Below are positions 1 through 9,284 of a stretch of 51,448 bases of DNA, piece after piece (position 1 is the stretch's first letter; each line of letters opens with the position of its first letter). The position numbers and the translations under genes are program-made. The notes below the pieces were generated by a model that was not told the origin of the DNA, ran no database searches, and saw nothing but the letters and a program-made list of their open reading frames with translations. The DNA comes from a virus. Taxonomy: Duplodnaviria > Caudoviricetes. The stretch spans positions 1 through 51,448 of the IMG/VR virus record IMGVR_UViG_3300012923_000003. One strand, given 5' to 3'.

Positions 1-123
1 GAGACTGTAACCGAAACTCCAACCCGTATTGATCCTCATCAATATGAGATCGGTGCGGCAATGGAAGCCAACGCTAAGGAAGTGGCTTCTAAGGCTGACT
101 GGCTGTCGGTAACCATCAATACC
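1..123. repeat. Terminal direct repeat, copy 1 (circular assembly overlap)
   Basis: 1-123 is identical to 51326-51448 and lies inside an ORF, so it is most likely an assembler overlap. Confidence 0.95.
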
Positions 124-1128
124 ATTGCTAAGGCAAAGCAAGATTATGAAGGCGGACCCTTTCAAGTCATGTTCAAGGTAATGGAAAAGATGAGTGCCGA
201 GCAGATCGATGCTTTGCCTGATCCCGACGCAGAGACCGGCAACAATCCCGGCCTGTACAAGATCAGGATTGTTGGTGCCAAGGGTAAACCAGTGGTGAAA
301 GAGCGTAAATTTTATCACGTTCTTTCGGATGCTTTGCCGGGCAACATCGGTAAGCAACAGCGTATAGACATGCTTGAGTTGAGCATGAAAGACCCTGTTC
401 AATTCAATATCTCTAGTGTCCCTCAAGACATCAAGGACATGGATAAAGATCGGCGTTCGGCTGAGATATCGAAACTTAGTGGCGAGTTATCAACATCGCG
501 GACCAATGTACTGGCAGCGTTTGAATTGCTATTCCATATCCGTGCTGTCAACGCTTTGCCCGGTGCGACTGCTAATGTGATGTATGCATTGGACGCACAA
601 GGCAAAGAATTAGACGGTGAGGATGGCCGAGATACGGTAGTGGAAAACACTCGGACACCTATCACAGTCACCACAACAATCGATGGTCGAAAGGGCAAGG
701 ATACTACACAACTTAGTATCTCTTCCTTTAAGAAGCTTCGACCGGCTGTCGCACTGGAAAAAGGTGGCACTTATCAGGCGTTGATTGATAGTGCCCCGAC
801 AGTGAAACGTGGCACCAAAGGTGAAGGTATTGATCAGACTGGCGGCACTAAGCCGGAGCTGATCAATACTAAGGACACTCTGTTCGCTCGCTTACTTGAT
901 ATCCATGATTACTTGGATGAAATCACAACCGATAGCAAAGCAACTATCGTTGCGTCAATCATCCAAGACCTGAGCCGAAAGGAAGGTAGCGAAGATAATC
1001 TCGTCACCTTCACTGAGGTACGCAACATGCTAACGGATATCTTGAACAAGGTGTTCAAAGCAAGCGATCGATACATCGCTACCAAGGCAAAGCAGAAGGC
1101 TGCCGAAGCAGCCGAAGCAGCAGCCTAG
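61..1128 (+). CDS. Early hypothetical protein; true start probably ATG 51296 across the circular join (385 aa)
   Basis: Long ORF whose frame is open back to ATG 51296, which has RBS GAGAGGA at 51281-51287. No recognised domain. Confidence 0.85.
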   Translation: MEANAKEVASKADWLSVTINTIAKAKQDYEGGPFQVMFKVMEKMSAEQIDALPDPDAETGNNPGLYKIRIVGAKGKPVVKERKFYHVLSDALPGNIGKQQRIDMLELSMKDPVQFNISSVPQDIKDMDKDRRSAEISKLSGELSTSRTNVLAAFELLFHIRAVNALPGATANVMYALDAQGKELDGEDGRDTVVENTRTPITVTTTIDGRKGKDTTQLSISSFKKLRPAVALEKGGTYQALIDSAPTVKRGTKGEGIDQTGGTKPELINTKDTLFARLLDIHDYLDEITTDSKATIVASIIQDLSRKEGSEDNLVTFTEVRNMLTDILNKVFKASDRYIATKAKQKAAEAAEAAA

Positions 1129-1198
1129 GATTGCAAGCTGTTGCTCCATCGCAAGGTGGGGCAGCAACGTGCAATACCGCACGATAAGGGGAACCAAG

Positions 1199-1450
1199 AT
1201 GAAAGTTATACCCTTCAAAATCAAGACTGGACGCCGCGCATATCGTAATCGACGCGAGGTACAAACGGGAGAGACCTGCTACGCAGTGCAAGACGAAACG
1301 ACTGGCCTGTATTTTGTCTGGGCGTATACCAATGAAGCATTTGCCCAACGAATGACAAGCCGGTTGAGTATCGGAGATGAAACAGATCGCGCCTGCAATT
1401 GGCGACGTGACGTACAAGACACCATGGTATCAAGTCGAGATATAATCTAG
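1199..1450 (+). CDS. Hypothetical early protein
   Basis: RBS AAGGGGA before ATG 1199; MKVIPFKIKTG...; followed by a terminator. Confidence 0.7.
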   Translation: MKVIPFKIKTGRRAYRNRREVQTGETCYAVQDETTGLYFVWAYTNEAFAQRMTSRLSIGDETDRACNWRRDVQDTMVSSRDII

Positions 1451-1469
1451 AGTGTTACCTAATAGACAC

Positions 1470-1500
1470 ACCCTGTGGCAGAAATGTCACAGGGTTTTTT
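1470..1500 (+). terminator. Rho-independent terminator
   Basis: ACCCTGTGGCA-GAAA-TGTCACAGGGT followed by a T run. Confidence 0.85.
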
Positions 1501-1715
1501 ATTGTCTCATTCCGTTCTATCTATGTCCGATCAGGTGTTGCTGATCTACATCAGGTGTTGCATATCTGCCACACCTGAGAAAAGTGATAGGTTTTCAGCA
1601 GCACGCGCGTGTGTTATAGGTTTAATCATATGTTTATGTAGATGAATACAGCAGTATATTAGAAGTGGATGTCAACTTGTGTTGCTGATATGCAACACTA
1701 AGCCATTTAGCTACT

Positions 1716-1744
1716 TTGACTTAACCCCATAGCCATGGTAGACT
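1716..1744 (+). promoter_or_regulatory. Sigma70-type early promoter
   Basis: TTGACT-17-TAGACT; near-identical copy at 3870-3898 and a related copy at 51150-51178. Confidence 0.75.
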
Positions 1745-1793
1745 TAATAATGCCGAGAGAGGTTTCGGCATTGCACAGAAAGGGGAATACCAA

Positions 1794-2027
1794 ATGAGCA
1801 AATACTCCATTATCTTCCAGAGACAGGCCAACCATGTCGAGCATCGTACTAAGGGACACGTTCCCAATTGTACACCCGCTGTTGATACGTTCATCGAACG
1901 GACACCGGAAGAAATCCACGAATGGATGAGGGCGAGCACTGAACGCTACATCCATCAAATGAAGACGATGAAGTTCCGTGATTTCATCAATGCTCCATTG
2001 GAACTGGCACCACCAGTATTTAGGTAA
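1794..2027 (+). CDS. Hypothetical early protein
   Basis: RBS AAGGGGA; downstream of the promoter. Confidence 0.7.
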   Translation: MSKYSIIFQRQANHVEHRTKGHVPNCTPAVDTFIERTPEEIHEWMRASTERYIHQMKTMKFRDFINAPLELAPPVFR

Positions 2028-2168
2028 TGCGAGGCACCACGGCTGTTTTCATGTAAGTGAAAACAAGCCTTACCTCGGCCTAGGCTGCGCTGGCCCAAAC
2101 GAGCGAAGGGACCTAGGGTATGTCCGCATAAACTGCCCGCATCTATGTCTTGAACCAAGGGGAATACC

Positions 2169-2432
2169 ATGAAGATACTTAAGATCACGGCCAATCAAGG
2201 CTACACTGTAAATGGTGTCAGAGTATACCATCAATTCAGTGATACTAAGAACGGCTTTTATCACCGTTTAGCAGCCAATGGAGTGGCTGCGGACTGGGAG
2301 GCGTATGAGTATATTGCTACTTATACGTTAGGCAAGCGTATCTTCGCTGCTACTACTGACTACTATGCTAATATACTGCCACGTGTATTCGAAATCACGA
2401 GAGGAACAGCCGATGTCGCAGATAGAATATAA
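2169..2432 (+). CDS. Hypothetical protein
   Basis: RBS AAGGGGAATACC-ATG. Confidence 0.7.
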   Translation: MKILKITANQGYTVNGVRVYHQFSDTKNGFYHRLAANGVAADWEAYEYIATYTLGKRIFAATTDYYANILPRVFEITRGTADVADRI

Positions 2433-2592
2433 AATCATCCTTCCCACAAGTCTCCATGATCATCGAAGTGGAGTCTATACAAGTATGGACGATGTAATGG
2501 CAGTCGTCTTAGATCTAGTAGAGGACGACGGCGTCACATCTTTCATCATCTGGAAAGCAGTCATAGGTGAAGGGGAGGTGGACGGTGCCTAA
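2413..2592 (+). CDS. Hypothetical protein
   Basis: RBS GAGGA before ATG 2413; overlapping operon packing. Confidence 0.6.
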   Translation: MSQIEYKIILPTSLHDHRSGVYTSMDDVMAVVLDLVEDDGVTSFIIWKAVIGEGEVDGA

Positions 2593-2752
2593 GTTCGCTA
2601 TCCTCGTGACCCACAACGAGTTTCTGTGGTGGAGTTATACATTGGTTATTGATCATAAGCCTGTGATCAATGAACAGAAGTATGCTACCCCATTGGCAGC
2701 ATTCAACGCAGCACTTAATGATGCAAACAAGAGAGGACTATACAATGGTTGA
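2585..2752 (+). CDS. Hypothetical protein
   Basis: RBS GGAGGT before GTG 2585 (MPKFAILV...). Confidence 0.6.
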   Translation: MPKFAILVTHNEFLWWSYTLVIDHKPVINEQKYATPLAAFNAALNDANKRGLYNG

Positions 2753-3086
2753 TACCATCAAATGGAAACATGGCATACTCGGTACCTATAGATATCTCGA
2801 AGGTGCGTATTTATCCGGGCCAATGAGTCACAAGGAAGTCTATCTCCTAGGCTTTGCGCGACCTCATTTTCCTGTACCTGCAATTCAAGTCAAGTGTTTC
2901 TTTCATCCTGAATATATTAACGTTGTTAGGTACAATGGTAATCAAGGGATATATGGTCCTGGATATGAGACTATTCATGAATGGCCAACACGATATCTCT
3001 GTATCTCTACTAAAGAGTTACACTGTCAAACACTAGGATATGCACAATGTGAATACTGTGCATGGCGTGAACGAGGGAATAAATGA
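2745..3086 (+). CDS. Hypothetical protein with Cys-rich C-terminus
   Basis: RBS GAGGA before ATG 2745; C-terminal C..HC..CEYC. Confidence 0.6.
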   Translation: MVDTIKWKHGILGTYRYLEGAYLSGPMSHKEVYLLGFARPHFPVPAIQVKCFFHPEYINVVRYNGNQGIYGPGYETIHEWPTRYLCISTKELHCQTLGYAQCEYCAWRERGNK

Positions 3087-3643
3087 AACGTATCGGTATC
3101 TTTATCGACGGGTCTAACCTATACATGAGTACTAAGGCATTGAGCTTCAGAGTAGACTTCACTAAGTTACTTAACTACTACAAGCAACAAGGTGATGTAG
3201 CCCATGCCTTCTACTTCACTGCTCTACCACCAAAAGAAGTTCAATCACCTTTACGTAAGATGATTGATTACGTGGATTACAATGGCTGGACTGTAATCCA
3301 GAAAGAAACCAAGAAATATGTTGATCTTGAGGGAACAGAGAAACTCAAGGGCAATATGGATGTGGAGATAGCGGTACATGTTGCTGAAACTGCACCGTTC
3401 ATCACTAACTTAATCTTATTCTCTGGGGATGGAGACTTCCGTGTACTACTGGAATCTATTCAGCGAAGGCATGGTATACATTGTACTGTTATCTCCGCTC
3501 GGAGTTTGGTGGCTGATGGACTACGTCGACAGGCGAATGAATTCATAGACTTAGCCACACTCAAGGATGCGTTCAACCATGAGCCCGAGCAGGAATCTGT
3601 GCGCCCCAAGCGCAAAAGATTCTTGTTTGGCCCAGAAAAGTGA
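3083..3643 (+). CDS. NYN domain (LabA/DUF88, PIN-like) nuclease
   Basis: Motifs IFIDGSNLY, KGNMDVEIA, LFSGDGDF, LRRQANEFIDL with the catalytic Asp residues intact. Confidence 0.93.
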   Translation: MKRIGIFIDGSNLYMSTKALSFRVDFTKLLNYYKQQGDVAHAFYFTALPPKEVQSPLRKMIDYVDYNGWTVIQKETKKYVDLEGTEKLKGNMDVEIAVHVAETAPFITNLILFSGDGDFRVLLESIQRRHGIHCTVISARSLVADGLRRQANEFIDLATLKDAFNHEPEQESVRPKRKRFLFGPEK

Positions 3644-3873
3644 TAGGTTTTGCCGCCATGCCATACGTAATCAGACCACGCCATGTAAGTCAGAGAGCTT
3701 ATAATGCACTGTACCGTGCATTATTCAATGGCCTCTTACCCAAGGATCATCATAATTGTGATGGTGTAGACATCGAAGATCAGGAAGCGCTTAACGAAGC
3801 GATGAATGATCTCTACAAAGCTAAGATAGCAAGACATCTACTTAAGACGGGTTATCCACTTAAGCCACGTTGA
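3640..3873 (+). CDS. Hypothetical protein
   Basis: ORF fills the gap between NYN and the next promoter. Confidence 0.55.
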   Translation: MIGFAAMPYVIRPRHVSQRAYNALYRALFNGLLPKDHHNCDGVDIEDQEALNEAMNDLYKAKIARHLLKTGYPLKPR

Positions 3874-3898
3874 CTTAACTCACTGGCCATGTTAGACT
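3870..3898 (+). promoter_or_regulatory. Sigma70-type promoter, copy 2
   Basis: TTGACT-TAACTCACTGGCCATGT-TAGACT, nearly identical to 1716-1744. Confidence 0.75.
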
Positions 3899-3905
3899 TT
3901 AGATA

Positions 3906-4403
3906 ATGAGAAGGGGAAAGGATATGGCAAATCGAACCATGCAACAGAAGGCTTTGAAGTTGCGTAAGCAGCGACGAGCCATGCCAAAGGAACTGATGCG
4001 AAGCGGCATCATTCCCAATCGCGGAGTGTTAGGAGAATACAAAGAACGTGCCAAAGGTCTCGGTATAAGTGAAGATGAAGTCAATCTGCTAATCAAGACC
4101 TTCTACAAACGCGATCCTATACCTAGTATCCCTGCCGGAGAAAGCAAGGAAATCAAGGCTCTATTGAAAGAGTTGAAAGAACGTATACCAGAGCAACATT
4201 TCTTCTCTGTGCTAGATAATTGTTGGCACAAGACTATTTGCTTCTACAATGCGCAGAAGACTTGCTTCGTAATGGCGCATACTGACCTGCGTAAGCTGAT
4301 TACTCGACGATCCATCGAATATAATAGCAAGGATAGAATTATGCAGGCATATTATTCAGGTAAGATTATCTGGATATCCTGCCAATCCATCAAGTCAGGT
4401 TAA
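3906..4403 (+). CDS. Hypothetical basic protein (start 3906 or 3924)
   Basis: ORF directly after the promoter; RBS AAGGA before ATG 3924. Confidence 0.75.
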   Translation: MRRGKDMANRTMQQKALKLRKQRRAMPKELMRSGIIPNRGVLGEYKERAKGLGISEDEVNLLIKTFYKRDPIPSIPAGESKEIKALLKELKERIPEQHFFSVLDNCWHKTICFYNAQKTCFVMAHTDLRKLITRRSIEYNSKDRIMQAYYSGKIIWISCQSIKSG

Positions 4404-4524
4404 TAGCCCCTCCCTGACTTGGTCCGCCGACAGTCGCCGCACGGCTGTTGGTCTTAACCCCATCGTAGCCAGCTCCGTTCATCGCTCCCCTCGATGAACT
4501 GCCTCTGGTTACGGTGGGGTTTTT
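4391..4524 (+). terminator. Three-hairpin structured 3' UTR ending in a terminator (possible sRNA)
   Basis: Stems 4391-99/4413-21, 4426-36/4442-52 and 4456-72/4505-21 (inner stem 4477-84/4492-99), followed by a T run. Confidence 0.7.
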
Positions 4525-4564
4525 CCGTTGCTAATCCAAATCATTACGAGAGAAGGAGAATGAT

Positions 4565-5110
4565 GTGGATACTGTAACAAGATGGATTATCGACTACTTC
4601 GAATTGTTGATAATCCTTGCACTGCTCGTGTCGCTGTGCGGAATAGCGATGGGTGTAAGGTACATTTGGTTAGGCTGGTTCCGTGATCCTCTCGTCAAAT
4701 TGTATAACAGGATTATTCGTAATCCTATTACACGTTTAATGGGACCATTGCGTGCCAGATTATCCAAACGTGCTGCGAACACGTCGAGGGACAAGATGGC
4801 CAAGTGGAGAAAGGGACACTTAGCAAACGCATTCTACGAAACTATCCACCGTGAGATCGAGGCCGGTAGGCAATCGAAACAACAGGGCAAGCGTTTGCAG
4901 TCGGAGCTAGCCAAATTCTTCGGGCTGTCTGACTTGGCCCGTATCAAGACTCACGAGGATGCCATCAAGCATCGATTGATGCTGAACAAAGAGTATGAGA
5001 TTGGTCCTAAGGGACCGATTCCCGGCGGCAAACCAGGGGAAGATATTGTCCCTGTTTATAAGTTCGAGGGCTTGGGTTCTAAGTTCTTGAATAAGAAGGG
5101 AGCTGCCTAA
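4565..5110 (+). CDS. Hypothetical protein with N-terminal transmembrane helix
   Basis: RBS AAGGAG; hydrophobic LLIILALLVSLCGIAMGV. Confidence 0.75.
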   Translation: MDTVTRWIIDYFELLIILALLVSLCGIAMGVRYIWLGWFRDPLVKLYNRIIRNPITRLMGPLRARLSKRAANTSRDKMAKWRKGHLANAFYETIHREIEAGRQSKQQGKRLQSELAKFFGLSDLARIKTHEDAIKHRLMLNKEYEIGPKGPIPGGKPGEDIVPVYKFEGLGSKFLNKKGAA

Positions 5111-5364
5111 TGCACAAGCGTAAACGGTGCTGGTTCTGTGCCCAAGAAAATGTCCGTAGGACATTCAAGAACCGAACTGCAATGCGAAACCACATCTTCC
5201 AGAGCCATCCGGATGAAGCGGCTATCCGCATTGCCTCGTTCAAACGTGTTGGTGAACGAGGTGTTCCCAATGTAGTGCACTACGGTGCACGTATGCGCAA
5301 GAAACTTGGACTTGAATACAACAAGGCCGGGCATCTGCGTTCTACTCTGGAGCCAGCAGCATGA
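5110..5364 (+). CDS. C2H2 zinc-finger-like protein
   Basis: CWFC...TFKNRTAMRNHIFQSH; TAATG translational coupling. Confidence 0.65.
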   Translation: MHKRKRCWFCAQENVRRTFKNRTAMRNHIFQSHPDEAAIRIASFKRVGERGVPNVVHYGARMRKKLGLEYNKAGHLRSTLEPAA

Positions 5365-5534
5365 ATTGGATTTCCGAGAAGTCCAAGCTCGCCAAACAAC
5401 GTCATGCTCACTATCGGTCGGCAAAGCGTGATGCTGAACTACAACGTCGGCGCCATCCTAAACCAGTCTCTAAGGATGGGTCTATCTTAACACCAAAGAG
5501 ACTAGCTGAGAAGAAGAGAGAGAGCAATGATTAA
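5361..5534 (+). CDS. Small basic hypothetical protein (57 aa, not in ORF track)
   Basis: ATGA overlap with upstream stop, RBS GGAG; MNWISEKSKLAKQRH... Confidence 0.55.
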   Translation: MNWISEKSKLAKQRHAHYRSAKRDAELQRRRHPKPVSKDGSILTPKRLAEKKRESND

Positions 5535-7020
5535 CCAACCACAGACCATCATCCACGCCAAGGCGGGACACCAAGTTCCCAAGGAATTGTGGGAGACTGC
5601 ATTACGCAAGTGTCCTACGGTATCTGGTTATGCCATCCGTGACACTCACGATGACAAGACCACTCTCGAAACTGAGCACTATACTCAGGCAGTCACCGTT
5701 GACAATATGTCGACACTGGAAGGGCAGGCCAAGGAATATGAACGAGTTTACTATCTAGCCAATCTTCCTGGCACTCATACTAAAGATGATGTGCAACCAT
5801 TTGTACTGACCATCATGGAAGATGAGCAGGACACTATCGGCATCGATATACTTTCCTTCTTTCTGGAAGGAGACTTCCCCAAATACTCTGATCCCAAATC
5901 AGGACACACTGACGAATACAATTTCGCCTATGAAATTGTTATCCCTACCTTGCAGGACATGTTCATGGCCGCCGGTCAAGACATCGCCCTGTTCACTGCT
6001 GCTCTGCACAAGCCATTGTTCGAGAAGAATTTGATGGCTCATGTCAACCATCGCGCGGCATTCGTGTTTCTTCCTCTACAGGGCGATCCGATTAAATTCG
6101 GTACCAATGAGCTGGGTCTCGGCGCTGACTGGGGTAGCTGCTCACAGCATTTAGACTTTGCCAAGGTGGAAAAACCTATTATCGCGGCAGTCGCAAAGGC
6201 GGCGGGGAAATTCAATCCATTTAAGAAGGCAGAGCCGGCATTGCCTGGAGGGGTTTACCATACTCCTGAAAAGAAGCCAGTCGAGGATCCAAAACCTGAT
6301 ACAGCAATCAACGCCGGCAAAAAGCTGATCAAACTTCCATCAAAACTGGATAAGTCTGGCAGGAACCGATGGCTACGTCTATTCAATGGTGGTGATCTGC
6401 CAAAAGATCATGATCATCGAGATTTCCAGGGTCTCTGGATTAGTCCGGAAGCTCTACCCTATGCACAACGCGATGTTGCTACATTGGCTCAGGTCGATGC
6501 TCTCGGAGCCGAGATGCGTAAGGGTGTTAAGTCTCCCCCCAAGGATATGCGGCCACCGCCAAGTTCTGCTACGGATTATCTGCCCACATTGACTGATGCA
6601 GACATGACCGAACAGACTGGCATCTTGGCCAAGTTCGTCGACCGCGACAAGGTGCCTTCAGCTCTGGATATTCAAAAGATGGAGGCCAAATGGCCAACCT
6701 ATTCGGAGAAGATGGGCATTCCATTCGAAGGTATGTTCCGTTGGACTGACATCGAAATTCTCGAAGTCTGCGGAGGACATAAACCAGCTATGATGTTGGT
6801 CTTGGAATTCAGACGTCGGCTGATCGAGAAGTGGGACCCTGCTGGCTTCACTGCTTCGGTCAAGACTGGAACCGAGGCTGCCAAACATGTTGCAGCCAAG
6901 GAAATCCTCAAACCCGGTGAAACCAAGCAAGTTGGTAGTACTACATTCAAAGCTGCGGCTGAACCGACCACTGCGGCAGCAAAGCGGAATGCCTTGTTCG
7001 GCATCAAGAAATCAGCTTAG
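5527..7020 (+). CDS. Degenerate class-II glutamine amidotransferase-like N-terminal domain plus unknown C-terminal region
   Basis: IIHAKAGHQVPKELWE...PTVSGYA, DDVQPF, LEG and TDEYNF parallel phage GATase-II motifs; catalytic N-terminal Cys is absent. Confidence 0.55.
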   Translation: MINQPQTIIHAKAGHQVPKELWETALRKCPTVSGYAIRDTHDDKTTLETEHYTQAVTVDNMSTLEGQAKEYERVYYLANLPGTHTKDDVQPFVLTIMEDEQDTIGIDILSFFLEGDFPKYSDPKSGHTDEYNFAYEIVIPTLQDMFMAAGQDIALFTAALHKPLFEKNLMAHVNHRAAFVFLPLQGDPIKFGTNELGLGADWGSCSQHLDFAKVEKPIIAAVAKAAGKFNPFKKAEPALPGGVYHTPEKKPVEDPKPDTAINAGKKLIKLPSKLDKSGRNRWLRLFNGGDLPKDHDHRDFQGLWISPEALPYAQRDVATLAQVDALGAEMRKGVKSPPKDMRPPPSSATDYLPTLTDADMTEQTGILAKFVDRDKVPSALDIQKMEAKWPTYSEKMGIPFEGMFRWTDIEILEVCGGHKPAMMLVLEFRRRLIEKWDPAGFTASVKTGTEAAKHVAAKEILKPGETKQVGSTTFKAAAEPTTAAAKRNALFGIKKSA

Positions 7021-7101
7021 TTACCCACGAACGTGGAGCGAGCGATGGGTAACTGAGGCAGGCGTGGGTTGTGTAGTCCTCCCAACATAATCCACGCCTG
7101 T
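7016..7101 (+). other. Two long intergenic hairpins, the second with a CCTCCCA loop
   Basis: 12-bp stem 7016-27/7046-57; 17-bp stem 7058-74/7085-7101. Confidence 0.75.
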
Positions 7102-7119
7102 TCCTAATAGGAGGAATTG

Positions 7120-7743
7120 ATGAACCCGCACATTCTCAATATGATTGCCTTGAGAAAGACCGAATTCACCCCAGACATTGCAATACTTGAGCAAAGCCAG
7201 TTTCAACTGGTGTTCATATGTGATGATCTAATGACGGCAGGGAGGAACTATTCATTGATTGCTGACTGCTCTGCTAAGATCGCCAGAGCATTCACTCAGA
7301 GACCCTATAACTTCTATCGAAAGAGAACTGATGGAAGTTCTGTAGTCATGAACCCATCTGGTAAGATGACGACTGGATGCTATAAAATCAAAGGAGAAGT
7401 ATATTCTGTGCTATCTTCTGAAATGATTAGACTTGACAATCATTACCAGAATGGAGTACAATTCAAGCGTTATCGAACCAAGCTTCTATATCCGACCACA
7501 CCTTCCGGCGTGATTGAGAATAAGTCTGAGGACGGAAGTCCTCTGCCCTATACCCTGCAGGGCAAGAAGCGGTTCACCCTCCCCGAACGAGTTGATCCCA
7601 TAGAAGCGTGGATGTATATTGGTCTGCGATCCTATTGGGATGATCTATTGGATGGAGGCTTTGCCTTTGAACCCGTACATTTAGCTGAACCAGAAAGACC
7701 TCGCAATTGGCTCCCCAAGTATTACCACTGGCAGAACAGATAA
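7120..7743 (+). CDS. Gamma-glutamylcyclotransferase (AIG2-like) fold protein, probably inactive
   Basis: LVFICDDLM.GRNY, IKGEVYSV, RLDNHY (canonical LDxxE), EAWMYIG; RBS GGAGG. Confidence 0.7.
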   Translation: MNPHILNMIALRKTEFTPDIAILEQSQFQLVFICDDLMTAGRNYSLIADCSAKIARAFTQRPYNFYRKRTDGSSVVMNPSGKMTTGCYKIKGEVYSVLSSEMIRLDNHYQNGVQFKRYRTKLLYPTTPSGVIENKSEDGSPLPYTLQGKKRFTLPERVDPIEAWMYIGLRSYWDDLLDGGFAFEPVHLAEPERPRNWLPKYYHWQNR

Positions 7744-9284
7744 CCGAAAAACATATTGCCTGCCCTGACTGTGACTCATCCGATGCTCTGTGTAAGTATT
7801 CAGATGGTCACAGTTATTGTTTTAGTTGTCTAACTTATACTCCACCTGTTGATAAACAAACAGAAGAGGTGTTCAGCTATGAGTATCTCCCATATCGTGG
7901 AATTAATAAGGAAATCTTTAGCTTCTATTCTTCTAAAACGAAAGTGGGAGATGACGGTCGTCCAATCTCCATCGGGTTTCCTTACCCTAATAATTCATAT
8001 AAAATTAGAACCTTAAATAAGAAAGCATTCTATACGCAAGGTGATATAAGTAAAGCTGGTTTGTTTGGTAGAAACAAGTTCGCAGCAAGTAGTCACAAGA
8101 CCGTGACTATAACAGAGGGAGAGCTCGATGCTCTATCGCTTTATCAGGTTCTACGCAGTCCTGTCGTCTCTGTTCACAGCGCTTCTAGTGCTGGAACTGA
8201 TGTTAGCCTGGACCGATCCTGGGTTAACTCGTTCGAAAGAATACTACTTGCGTTTGATGGAGATGAGGCAGGACGTGAAGCAGCATCTAAAGTTGCAAAG
8301 TTGTTTGATTACAACAAGGTTTTCATGGTGCGGTTCCCAGGGGGAACCCGCAAAGACGCCAATGATTACCTCCGAGCCGGAGAAAGGGACGAACTAGTCA
8401 CACTATGGTACAATGCCAAGAAGTTTCTTCCTGAAACCATCATCTCGACTTTCCCTGAGTTCGAGAAGGTTATCCGAGAGCAACCTCAGCATGGTGTGCC
8501 ATATCCATTCCCCACTTTGAACTTCATGACTTATGGCATCCGCACCAGTGAGTCAGTGTTAATTACGGCTCAAGAAGGTGTCGGTAAAACAGAGGTGATG
8601 CATGCAATCGAACATCAACTACTCGTGGAAACAAAGGATGCAATTGGCGCAATCTTCTTGGAAGAGCCTAAGAGGCGACACCTACAAGCTATTGCAGGTA
8701 TTCACCTCCAGCGTCCCGCACATCTACCGGACAGTGGTGTCACAGACACTGAAACTATCCAAGCCATACAAAACGTGGTTAGGCTGGACGAGCGCCTTCA
8801 CATCTACTCTCACTTTGGATCAGATGATCCTGAGATCATTCTCGATACCATTAGATTTCTGGTATCCGAACGTGGTTGCCGTTATATTCTTCTCGACCAC
8901 ATCACTATGGTTGTTAGTGGTCTTGGAGGGAAAGATGAAAGAACTTCACTCGACTATCTTTCCACCCGACTTGAAATGATGGTTAAAGAGTTAGACTTCG
9001 CTCTAATCATAGTGAGTCACGTCAATGACGATGGTTTTACTCGTGGTTCCCGGAACATCTCTAAGATTGCCGACGTTCGAATTGATCTGTTCAGAGAGAT
9101 CACTCACCCTGATCCCATTGTCCGGCGAGTTACACGTATGGTCGTCTCCAAGAACCGGTTCTGTGGTCGTACGGGACCAGCGGGGGAACTGCTATTCGAT
9201 CCTGCAACTTACACCTTAACAGAGGACTTAGGATATGGGATACAATCTCAAGATAATCTGCGAACTGAAGCAATGGCGTCTTAA
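7707..9284 (+). CDS. DNA primase/helicase (T7 gp4-like)
   Basis: Zn finger CPDC...YCFSC; TOPRIM TEGELD and FDGD; Walker A QEGVGKT; LDHIT; RGS; KNRF. Confidence 0.96.
   Translation: MAPQVLPLAEQITEKHIACPDCDSSDALCKYSDGHSYCFSCLTYTPPVDKQTEEVFSYEYLPYRGINKEIFSFYSSKTKVGDDGRPISIGFPYPNNSYKIRTLNKKAFYTQGDISKAGLFGRNKFAASSHKTVTITEGELDALSLYQVLRSPVVSVHSASSAGTDVSLDRSWVNSFERILLAFDGDEAGREAASKVAKLFDYNKVFMVRFPGGTRKDANDYLRAGERDELVTLWYNAKKFLPETIISTFPEFEKVIREQPQHGVPYPFPTLNFMTYGIRTSESVLITAQEGVGKTEVMHAIEHQLLVETKDAIGAIFLEEPKRRHLQAIAGIHLQRPAHLPDSGVTDTETIQAIQNVVRLDERLHIYSHFGSDDPEIILDTIRFLVSERGCRYILLDHITMVVSGLGGKDERTSLDYLSTRLEMMVKELDFALIIVSHVNDDGFTRGSRNISKIADVRIDLFREITHPDPIVRRVTRMVVSKNRFCGRTGPAGELLFDPATYTLTEDLGYGIQSQDNLRTEAMAS

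Noticed and set aside
1-123. Terminal repeat as a biological DTR
   Set aside because: It falls inside a coding sequence, so it is best explained as a circular assembly overlap.
1530-1578. CRISPR-like repeats
   Set aside because: Only two 12-bp copies 20 bp apart, no spacers and no cas operon; the exonuclease is a replication-module PD-(D/E)XK protein.
1655-1675. Minus-strand promoter TTGACA...TATACT
   Set aside because: Spacer is only 11 nt and there is no credible downstream gene.
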